Origin: Chloroflexota bacterium
GTDB taxonomy: Bacteria; Chloroflexota; Anaerolineae; Anaerolineales; Anaerolineaceae
Length of the DNA stretch: 62,772 nucleotides
NCBI GenBank assembly: GCA_021789855.1
Contig: JAJYIW010000001.1
Span: forward strand, 1-62,772
Reading direction: 5' to 3'
How positions within the stretch are numbered: the first letter of the stretch is position 1; each line of letters opens with the position of its first letter. The notes under the pieces were generated by a model. It saw only the letters and a list, made by a program, of their open reading frames with translations. It ran no database searches and was not told the DNA's origin. This document shows positions 29,476 to 36,879 of this stretch, piece after piece. The translations under genes were made by a program, and so were the position numbers.

Positions 29476-31764
29476 CGGCTCGGACGGCACAGCCGGAGGG
29501 AAAAACAACGGCAGGGCTTTCGAGGCGGGAATCCGCCAGGGAGCACACGAATAGCCGGCACTGGCGGTAATCCACTCGCGGATATTCGTTTCACGAATGC
29601 CCAGCGGCTGGAGAATCGCGCTGGCTGCCCGGATCAACAGCACTTCATACCGCTGGATGTCCAAGGCTTTTCTATTCGGGGCTGCCGGCAAATCCCACGC
29701 CCACACGCCGGGATCGCCCAGCATATAGAGAAAGCGCACACGTTGGCCCGGCCGGGTATTCTTTCCAATCCGTTCAAGCTGAGCAGCCGCTCGCGCGGCC
29801 GGCGACAGCGTGCGGTATTCGGCCAATGCACGGCTCACCTTTTGAGACACCAGCAATTGTTCGAGCGGAATTTCCCCCGTGTGGAGCCGGCGCCAGGCGC
29901 GGCGGAAGGTTACCGCCACGGCTTCCAGTTTTAACGGCAGCTCATCCACCGTGAGCGCCTCCGATAACACGCCCAGGAGAGTCTCCTGGGTATCGGCTAT
30001 AAACGGACAGGTATCCCCCCGGCGCAGCTCGATGCCGCGCACCTTGGTCGAGCCATCCTGGAAAACTCCAAAATAACGGTTCGCCACCGGGACGCGCTCA
30101 TCCAGGCGTGAGGGCAGGAAAGCCACCCACCGGTAAATCCCATCCAGGGAAATGGGAATGCCGGTGCGCTGGATAATTTCGTCCAGCAGAGGCCGGTAAT
30201 CCTCTACCCGGGTCGCCCCCGGCTTGTGAACAAATAAACTGTCCACGTATAAATGCAGCACAGTAAACCCCATGTCCTCAGCGGCCTCTTTCGCGCGCAG
30301 CAAGACCTCGCGGCCATAAGCCGTGACCGCCTGGTGCGATTCAATCCGGCCAAAGCGGGCATTTTTAAACCCCAGGTAGCCAAAACACACCACCAACAAC
30401 CACTTCAAGGCCGTCACCCGCGCTTTATACACTTTATAACGACAATCGCGCGCGTCCAGCTTCAACAGCCATTCCTTCAGCATATACCGTTTCTTAAGTA
30501 AAGGGGCCAGCGTCTCAGGGACAAAGCCACGCTTACTCTGGTCTACGGCAATGCCAAGCGCCGGGATGGTGACTCCCTCCCCTTCAATCGCGCCCACCGT
30601 CTCCGGCGACAGGTTGAAGTGTTCCATGATTTGGGGATACATCGAAAAAAAGTCGATCGCCCCCACGTCGCGGTGCAGGCCGGTCACCGGTTGGTACACC
30701 AGGCCGCCCTGGTCTGCATTAATTAATTCTGCCGCCGACTTGAAACTTTCGGCTTGCTGTTTTTGATAAGGCACCAGAATGCCCTTCTGCAAAGCCATGA
30801 TCATCTGCATGGCCGTAATGCCTGAGCCGGGAGAATTCCTGGCAATCGTTTGGACCGGCAGCCCGGTCACCCGCGCCTGTTCCAACACGCCTTCCAGGCC
30901 ATAATCGCCAAACATCATTGCGTTACAGGCATCCACGTGCCAGCGGCCGAACAATTGAACCTGCCGGCCGCGATAAACGATTTGCCCGTATGTGAAGAAG
31001 GATTTCTCTTTGCGCTGCAGCACCTCGCACTTTGGATCGCGGTTAGGGTTAAAAGCGATATGGTGCTTTTCGGACAGCTCGAGGAGCCAGGGCAAAAGCC
31101 AGGTATCGCCCCAGTGAGTCAGGATCAGGTCTGGATCATATCCCTGCAGCACCGCATTCAGGCCGATCAACACGGCGCGCGCATTACCGAGAGGCAAGCG
31201 GCTCTTAGCCCGGCCAGCATGCAGGGTAAGGTAAGCCGGGCGGCCATGGGCTGGATCGCAGTCAGGCTCAATGGCCAACACTCTAATCGGGGCCGGCTCA
31301 GGATCAAGATCCCACGGTGTGTCCAGCACCTCCAACTGCTGCAGCCGGTTTGCCTCGTTGGCCTGGAGGTGGCAGCGCGCCAGGGGAAAAGTGTGGTACC
31401 AGGCCGAAAAACGGAGTGGGAAAGCGATATCCGCATCATAATAATCGAGCTGTGGGAATTGCCGCGCCAGGTTGCGAAACAAGCGCGGCTGGTCCGCCGC
31501 CCCTGGCACTGTGATCTGCATGACCTCCAACGGCCCCTTGAACAGGTCCTGCCGGGTCGTGCGCGCCAGCCCGACTCGGAGGGGCTGTTGTTTCAAATAT
31601 TGCCACGCGCTGCGCAGCTCTGCATGAGAGCCAGCCGCGTAAAAAACCACCGGGAAGGGCTGGTAAAAACGGCGTCGCTCGCCGTCATCTCCCAGCAGCC
31701 AGACTACCGCTCCCTGTTCGGAATCCGGATAAACATCCAACAGCCAACCCGAATAATCAATCAT
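29467..31764 (-). CDS. polB: Family B DNA polymerase (archaeal-type layout) with degenerate 3'-5' exonuclease motifs
   Basis: Motif A is 'AIDFFSMYPQIMEHFNLSPET', motif B 'KWLLVVCFGYLGFKNARFG', motif C 'VLHLYVDSLFV', and 'NRYFGV...VRGIELRRGD'. The exonuclease positions read 'RVLAIEPD' (vs FDIE) and 'DPDLILTHWGDTWLLPWL' (vs NGDxFDxPYL). I chose start ATG 31764 ('MIDYSGWLLDVY'), which overlaps the upstream stop (ATGATTGA). Confidence 0.85.
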   Translation of the reverse strand: MIDYSGWLLDVYPDSEQGAVVWLLGDDGERRRFYQPFPVVFYAAGSHAELRSAWQYLKQQPLRVGLARTTRQDLFKGPLEVMQITVPGAADQPRLFRNLARQFPQLDYYDADIAFPLRFSAWYHTFPLARCHLQANEANRLQQLEVLDTPWDLDPEPAPIRVLAIEPDCDPAHGRPAYLTLHAGRAKSRLPLGNARAVLIGLNAVLQGYDPDLILTHWGDTWLLPWLLELSEKHHIAFNPNRDPKCEVLQRKEKSFFTYGQIVYRGRQVQLFGRWHVDACNAMMFGDYGLEGVLEQARVTGLPVQTIARNSPGSGITAMQMIMALQKGILVPYQKQQAESFKSAAELINADQGGLVYQPVTGLHRDVGAIDFFSMYPQIMEHFNLSPETVGAIEGEGVTIPALGIAVDQSKRGFVPETLAPLLKKRYMLKEWLLKLDARDCRYKVYKARVTALKWLLVVCFGYLGFKNARFGRIESHQAVTAYGREVLLRAKEAAEDMGFTVLHLYVDSLFVHKPGATRVEDYRPLLDEIIQRTGIPISLDGIYRWVAFLPSRLDERVPVANRYFGVFQDGSTKVRGIELRRGDTCPFIADTQETLLGVLSEALTVDELPLKLEAVAVTFRRAWRRLHTGEIPLEQLLVSQKVSRALAEYRTLSPAARAAAQLERIGKNTRPGQRVRFLYMLGDPGVWAWDLPAAPNRKALDIQRYEVLLIRAASAILQPLGIRETNIREWITASAGYSCAPWRIPASKALPLFFPPAVPSEPLP

Positions 31765-32020
31765 CCCGGACTCCAAGCCGCTCGACCAGGGTTCGCAGGT
31801 GCAGCACTTCTTTATGTTCCTCCAGCAGCATTGCCAGCAAAAATATTTCCATGGGTAGGGCATGCGACGCATACGCTGCCGCAGCGAGATGTTTTTGAGC
31901 CGAGACAAACAGGTCATCCAGGATCACCTGATCGCTGCGCCGCAATGCCCGGCGGAAGCGGGCCAGGGCTCCTTGTTCCTGGTAAAAAAACTGTGTAATC
32001 GATGGCAGTGTACGTCCCAT
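31757..32020 (-). CDS. Small (87 aa) helical protein of unknown function, translationally coupled to the polymerase
   Basis: ATG 32020 lies 20 nt after the upstream stop. Its stop overlaps the polymerase ATG by 8 nt. No recognisable motif. Confidence 0.5.
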   Translation of the reverse strand: MGRTLPSITQFFYQEQGALARFRRALRRSDQVILDDLFVSAQKHLAAAAYASHALPMEIFLLAMLLEEHKEVLHLRTLVERLGVRDD

Positions 32021-32040
32021 GGGCACCTTGAAAAAACCAA

Positions 32041-32619
32041 CTACCACCAGGGCTGCGGTGATGGCGGGGCAAGGACCCCCTCTTGCTCCCACACTTCATC
32101 AGCAGCAGCCCGTAACAGTTCCACTAAACAGGCGCGATCCGCATGGCGGGGTCCCGCCGGGCGGAGGCTGATCACCACCGGCGCCTGGTGACTCAGGCGC
32201 CGGATCGCTGCCAGGCACAATCCCAGGAGCCGCTGGCTTTCTTCCAGCCGGATCGCTTCATCATAGAAGTTGGAAAGCAAGTCAAGCAAACAGGTAGGGG
32301 TCGCATCCAGCGGCGTTTCCTCCAAGAGGGTCACCATCTGGTAGCAGGTGAACGCGCGGGAAAGGTGAATCCGTCGGAGCGCTTCACCCAAAGACAGGCT
32401 GTCGTATCCTGGCCCTCTCTCAGCTTGTGCCATCTGGCGGCCGATGGAACGCGCCACGGTATACGCATTAAACTGGTTGCCACCATCCATGACGCGGACG
32501 GAACAGGCGTCCCCAGGCTTCTTAAGCGACAGCCGGGCGATCAGCTCCAGCATGGCACCGGCATTGGCACCGACGACTAACCACAAACGGTTTGTAAGCG
32601 GTTTGGATAGGGTGTTCAT
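32041..32619 (-). CDS. RecA/RadB/KaiC-like core protein lacking the Walker A Lys/Thr (ImuA-like in concept)
   Basis: 'RLWLVVGANAGAMLELIARL' sits at the P-loop position (GxxxxGKT becomes GANAGAML). Other elements: 'VRVMDGGNQFNAY', 'RIHLSRAFTCYQMVTLLEE', the Walker-B-like 'TCLLDLLSNFYDEA', and 'QAPVVISL'. The fold assignment comes from motif order only. Confidence 0.45.
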   Translation of the reverse strand: MNTLSKPLTNRLWLVVGANAGAMLELIARLSLKKPGDACSVRVMDGGNQFNAYTVARSIGRQMAQAERGPGYDSLSLGEALRRIHLSRAFTCYQMVTLLEETPLDATPTCLLDLLSNFYDEAIRLEESQRLLGLCLAAIRRLSHQAPVVISLRPAGPRHADRACLVELLRAAADEVWEQEGVLAPPSPQPWW

Positions 32620-32625
32620 ACTACA

Positions 32626-32654
32626 AGATTAACCACCGCCGGTGGAAAATACAA
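32626..32654 (-). promoter_or_regulatory. Putative promoter giving a leaderless mRNA, with a perfect 6-1-6 palindrome in the spacer
   Basis: Read on the minus strand: TTGTAT (32654-32649), a 17-nt spacer containing CCACCG-G-CGGTGG (32645-32633), TAATCT (32631-32626), 6 nt, then ATG at 32619. Confidence 0.3.
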
Positions 32655-32664
32655 TCACAGATGG

Positions 32665-32699
32665 GGGGATAAAAGGGGAGAAACAGGGGTTACCCCCTG
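32665..32699 (-). terminator. Possible intrinsic terminator after the acyl-AMP ligase gene
   Basis: Minus-strand stem CAGGGG-GTAA-CCCCTG (32699-32684) followed by TTTCTCCCCTTTTATCC. The stem is short and the tail is C-interrupted. Confidence 0.35.
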
Positions 32700-32708
32700 G
32701 GGGGATGC

Positions 32709-34400
32709 CTATTCAGGCAACGTGTTGGCGGCCATAACCGCCAGGAATTTTTCCCGGTTAGCCGGGCGTGCAATTTTCCCACTGCTGGTTTTGATAATCC
32801 ACCGGGGTCCCACCACCAGCACCTGCCGCAGAGCCACAGCCGAGCTGCGCGTCACTCGCTGGCGTATAGCATCGGCAATCTGTTCGCGCGCTTCTTCGTC
32901 ATCGGTATCCACCTCTGCCACCATGGCCACATCTTCCGTCCCTGTTTCCGGGTTAAAAACGCCAAAAGCGACAACCCGGCCTGGATGCACACCGGGGACC
33001 TGGTTGGCGATGGCCTCCAGGTCCTGAGGATAGATATTTTTTCCCCCCACGATGATCAGGTCCTTTTTCCGCCCAACCACATACACTTCTCCCCCGGCCA
33101 TATATCCCAGATCACCCGTCAGGTACCAGCCATCCATAAAAGCCTTGTGTGTCAAATCGTCTCGCCGGTAATACCCGGTGAGCATACAATGGCTGCGGAT
33201 GGCAAGCTCGCCAACCTGGCGGTCTGCGAGCGCCCGGCCATGATCATCGACGACCTTAACCCGGGTTTCTGCAATGGGCTTCCCGGCAGATAACATCTTC
33301 AACGTCTCCCCCACTTGATCGGAAGGCCGGGCAACCCGCTCGGTGACAAAACTCTTCTGGTCGATTTCATCCACGGTTACAACCCCATCAAAACCGCCCT
33401 GGGACACCGCAAAGACGTTTTCGGCCATGGCATAACACGTCTTTAAAGCCTCAGAACGCAGGCCGAAAGGCTGGAAGCGATCGATGAAAAGCTGGTGGCT
33501 CTCCCAGCGCATCGGTTCAGAGCAATTGATCACCCCGCGCAGACTGGACAGGTCGACGCCGGCCAGGTCGCGAGCGCGAATCTTCTGGCTACAGAAGTTG
33601 TAGGCAAAATTTGGGAGCCAGGTTAAAGTCCCCTGGTACCTGGATATGGCCTGCATCAAGCGATAAGGCGCCCTGACCCAATCAAATGGCGACATCATCA
33701 CCAGGGGGATGCCCCATAGAACAGGCATGATGAAGCCGGCGATCAGCCCCATGTCATGGTAAAGCGGCAACCAGCTAACCACCACATCATCCGGCTGCAG
33801 GTGGATGGCCTGGCTATAGCTCTCAAGCTGGTTGAGCACCGCCTGGTGAGAAAGGGCTACCCCTTTTTGTAGGCCCGTCGTGCCCGAGGAATGCTGCAGC
33901 AAGACAATGTCTTCCGGCCGGCGGGTAAATCCGGACAAGCCCGGCAGATCGATGCCGGTTTTAGGCTGAATAGCACTGGTCACTAAAACTGCCCTCACCG
34001 AATCGCCGGCATGCAGGGTCTCCATCACCACCGGGTAGAATTCGGGGTAGGTGACCAGGGCAGCCGGTTGGGTGATCTTCAGCAAGGCAGCCATATCTTC
34101 CTGGTACCGCTCAGGGGATAATTTCTCGGTCAAGAAGGGCATGATCGACGGTATGGCCCCGTGCAGGATCGCTCCCCAAAAGCTATAGATCAAATCCACG
34201 CCATGCTGCAGCACCAGGATCACCACATCTCCGGGCTGGATCCCGGCCTCGGCCAGGGCCTGAGAATAACTCGCGGCTCCCCGGATAAACTCCGCGTAAG
34301 ATAGGGCCTGGTCTGGCTGCCCGGCGGAAAGCAGACGAAAGATGGTTTTATCGGGATGCCTGGCCAGATTCTGATCCAGGAGCTGGCATAACGTTGGCAT
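32709..34400 (-). CDS. Acyl-AMP ligase (ANL superfamily, FAAL/DltA-like)
   Basis: 563 aa. 'HSSGTTGLQKGVALSH' adenylation P-loop, 'YLTGDLGY', 'GRKKDLIIVGGKNIYPQDLE', 'SSGKIAR'. Confidence 0.85.
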   Translation of the reverse strand: MPTLCQLLDQNLARHPDKTIFRLLSAGQPDQALSYAEFIRGAASYSQALAEAGIQPGDVVILVLQHGVDLIYSFWGAILHGAIPSIMPFLTEKLSPERYQEDMAALLKITQPAALVTYPEFYPVVMETLHAGDSVRAVLVTSAIQPKTGIDLPGLSGFTRRPEDIVLLQHSSGTTGLQKGVALSHQAVLNQLESYSQAIHLQPDDVVVSWLPLYHDMGLIAGFIMPVLWGIPLVMMSPFDWVRAPYRLMQAISRYQGTLTWLPNFAYNFCSQKIRARDLAGVDLSSLRGVINCSEPMRWESHQLFIDRFQPFGLRSEALKTCYAMAENVFAVSQGGFDGVVTVDEIDQKSFVTERVARPSDQVGETLKMLSAGKPIAETRVKVVDDHGRALADRQVGELAIRSHCMLTGYYRRDDLTHKAFMDGWYLTGDLGYMAGGEVYVVGRKKDLIIVGGKNIYPQDLEAIANQVPGVHPGRVVAFGVFNPETGTEDVAMVAEVDTDDEEAREQIADAIRQRVTRSSAVALRQVLVVGPRWIIKTSSGKIARPANREKFLAVMAANTLPE

Positions 34401-34406
34401 GGTCGA

Positions 34407-34655
34407 TCAGGATTGCCTTTCACGAATCAAAGCGGCTAACTGCGACAGGGAATCAAACGTATCGGCATTGAGCTCTGTATCGTCCAGATGAACACCAAAA
34501 TGTTCCTCGATGTACATCGCCAGATCGACCAGGTGGAAAGAGTCGATGATACCGCTCGAGATAAGGGCATCATTCTCTCCAACCCTTTTCTTGGGTTGTT
34601 TCAAGATATCGTTCGCGATGTAGGCTGATAACTCATTAATAATATCGTCTGTCAT
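34407..34655 (-). CDS. Acyl/peptidyl carrier protein (DltC-like)
   Basis: 82 aa. 'SSGIIDSFHLVDLAMYIEE' is a phosphopantetheine Ser motif. It lies 6 nt upstream of the ligase. Confidence 0.85.
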   Translation of the reverse strand: MTDDIINELSAYIANDILKQPKKRVGENDALISSGIIDSFHLVDLAMYIEEHFGVHLDDTELNADTFDSLSQLAALIRERQS

Positions 34656-34676
34656 AGGTATCCTTTAGGAAGCAAT

Positions 34677-35735
34677 TTACCGGCTATTCACGGCCTGCCA
34701 GACGGCATTTAACGCTTCGAGGGCCGTCAGGTTACGCACTGGCCAGGCCGTTAGCATCATCTTCGGGTCGTCAAAATCATTTTTCGAGTCCAGGCCTGTC
34801 AGGTGAAAATGGTCAGGGTCTTCTGGGGTCAATCCATGATAGGGCAAAGGTTGAACTGCCCGCCAAAAATTCCACAACGGAATATGGTCGTCGTACGCTA
34901 CCTGCGCGATGCTGGCGTTGATGGACTCATCCCCCTCCAGGTTATCTGCTTTGGTAGCCAGGATGGGCAGCGTTCCCTGTTGGATAGAAAAATCGACAAT
35001 CTGGCGCAGGTACTTTTCGTAGATTGACGCGGGTCGCTTAGCCCACCAGGTTTCCATGCTGATGATCACAATCGAGGGCTTGTGCAGGCGGAACTCGCAG
35101 GCCAGGGGCGTCTCATTTTTGTTACATACGGAGGGATCCGCATAAATGGGGTTCAACACAGCCGCCACGTTAAACCCGCCTTTAACTGCCAGGCTGTTTC
35201 GTGAAAAGCTTCCCTTGAACTGGTCAATGACCGGCTGAAGTGAGCTATAGGGGCCCAGGCGGTATTTTTGGGGGTCATCAAAAATGCCCAGGAAATAGTT
35301 GGTGATATTCTGGCAATCACCAACTTTAGAAAAAGCTGTGGGGTCGTTGCCCATGGCCAGCCCTTTCTGATAGATAGCCACGGCCTCCTGGCTTACAACT
35401 GGGGTGACCGGCCAGTTTTTCCAATCAGAAGGCGGCAATGCGGGCGCCGGTGAAGGCATAGGGGTGGAGGAAGTGGTTAAAACCATGACCGGTTGCTCTG
35501 CCGGGGGGGTCGCCGGTAGGCTGAGCTTACCGTCCTGGGTTGGCTGTTTCAATGGCGTGTGGATTAAGGTTGGAGTCGCCTGGCTGGCAGGCTGGCTCAC
35601 CTGATCGACCGTGGGACTGGCCTGGCCAGTCGATGGGCTGTTAATGGATACGGAAGGAGGAGCCCCACAAGCCGCTAATACCCATATCCAGGCGAGCAAG
35701 AACAACCAATAAATAAGGGCTCTCAAGGTTTTCAT
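34677..35735 (-). CDS. Lipoprotein with Pro/Thr-rich linker and an SGNH-like domain carrying GDC in place of GDS
   Basis: Lipobox 'WVLAACGAP'. 'FSKVGDCQNI' sits at block I and 'DPDHFHLTG' at block V (DxxH). ATG 35735 with AGGAG 5 nt upstream lies directly after the upstream TAA. Confidence 0.5.
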   Translation of the reverse strand: MKTLRALIYWLFLLAWIWVLAACGAPPSVSINSPSTGQASPTVDQVSQPASQATPTLIHTPLKQPTQDGKLSLPATPPAEQPVMVLTTSSTPMPSPAPALPPSDWKNWPVTPVVSQEAVAIYQKGLAMGNDPTAFSKVGDCQNITNYFLGIFDDPQKYRLGPYSSLQPVIDQFKGSFSRNSLAVKGGFNVAAVLNPIYADPSVCNKNETPLACEFRLHKPSIVIISMETWWAKRPASIYEKYLRQIVDFSIQQGTLPILATKADNLEGDESINASIAQVAYDDHIPLWNFWRAVQPLPYHGLTPEDPDHFHLTGLDSKNDFDDPKMMLTAWPVRNLTALEALNAVWQAVNSR

Positions 35736-35736
35736 T

Positions 35737-36876
35737 TTACTCCTGGGGCTTAGGCCCAACCAGGTTCATCATCATCGTCTCGACTTGACCGGCCAGGATC
35801 GTCTCTCCCTTAGGGGTGAGGTGAATAGCGCTGTTGGTGAATTCGGACGGTTGGACCAGATTCCATAAATCGAGATAATGCCAGCCCTGGCTCTGCGCGT
35901 TGGATGCGAGAATCTGGCGATAATCGTCATATGCCCAGCGAGGGTAATAGAAATTATACCGGATATTACTGTTCTGCCCATTGCTAATAAACATCGGCTC
36001 GTTGACAATGAGCACCGGAATCGCAGAGTAAAGGGAGAGGCCAGCTTTCAGCACATCCAGGGACAGGTCCTGGGTTAGCAAATGAGGGGGCTTTAGCCCT
36101 TCAAAAGTGGGATCGGCCGCGAGGTCATTCGCCCTTAACTCATAACTGGAAGGGTAATACTGGTCAATACCCGTGGCCGCCCAGGGAATGCCATAGAATT
36201 GTAGTCTGAAAAGATCTGCCAGGTCACGCCGGCGACCTATGATGGTATTCTGCCAGAAGGAAAGATCCACCAATTGGGGATCCTGCGGGTTCAGGTTAAG
36301 ATGGTCCTCCCGAATCAAACGACGCACCGCCTGAGGGTTATGCTGCAATAAGGGAGAGCTCAGCTGCCGGGACACCGGGAAAGATTCAAGGGTTACCATC
36401 CACACGATCATATCGGGGTGATATGGCTTGACCAGGGTCAGGAAAAGCAGGTCTTTGGTGAGGGAAAGCGTCGGATACCCCAGGTTAAACGCCCGGATGG
36501 TCCGCCCGTCTGCAGTTTTCAAGCTGGCCGCATTGATCTGGCCCACCAGGGTCTGCGCTGGCGTAAGCAACGTGCCCCACACAGACGAGTCGCCCACCAC
36601 CACCACCCGATAATCCCGGCTCGATGGCGCGATCCGGTCGATCGCACTGATCTCGTGGGAAGACAGCATAGCCTCCAGCGAATAAAGGCTAAAGTTATAG
36701 GCCTGGTCCGGCGTCTCGCCAAACGGTAACCGCGGCCTTCCTGGAAAAAAGACATTATAGGCTGAGATGCGAGCCAAAGCCGGCACCGGTTGGACAACGG
36801 CAAAGAGCAAGTTCGCCAGGATGAACAGCAAGGACGCCTTTATCAGCACGTTGCGGATGAAATGGGTATCGGCCAT
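35737..36876 (-). CDS. Membrane-anchored SGNH-fold protein (DltD/AlgJ-like O-acyltransferase partner)
   Basis: N-terminal TM helix. 'YRVVVVGDSSVWG' (GDS block I). 'NSAIHLTPKGE' lies near the C-terminus. It sits between the MBOAT gene and the lipoprotein gene. Confidence 0.6.
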   Translation of the reverse strand: MADTHFIRNVLIKASLLFILANLLFAVVQPVPALARISAYNVFFPGRPRLPFGETPDQAYNFSLYSLEAMLSSHEISAIDRIAPSSRDYRVVVVGDSSVWGTLLTPAQTLVGQINAASLKTADGRTIRAFNLGYPTLSLTKDLLFLTLVKPYHPDMIVWMVTLESFPVSRQLSSPLLQHNPQAVRRLIREDHLNLNPQDPQLVDLSFWQNTIIGRRRDLADLFRLQFYGIPWAATGIDQYYPSSYELRANDLAADPTFEGLKPPHLLTQDLSLDVLKAGLSLYSAIPVLIVNEPMFISNGQNSNIRYNFYYPRWAYDDYRQILASNAQSQGWHYLDLWNLVQPSEFTNSAIHLTPKGETILAGQVETMMMNLVGPKPQE

Positions 36877-36879
36877 GGC

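Noticed and set aside
30850-31998. A 382-aa ORF on the plus strand antisense to the polymerase gene. Similar long antisense ORFs occur at 155..649, 10785..11270, 11994..12548, 12662..13369, 28456..29157, 43562..44221, 56300..56815 and 59700..60293.
   Set aside because: All lie entirely inside well-supported high-GC genes on the opposite strand. Their translations are Arg/Pro/Gly/Ala-rich with no domain-like motifs. This is typical of stop-poor mirror frames in GC-rich DNA.
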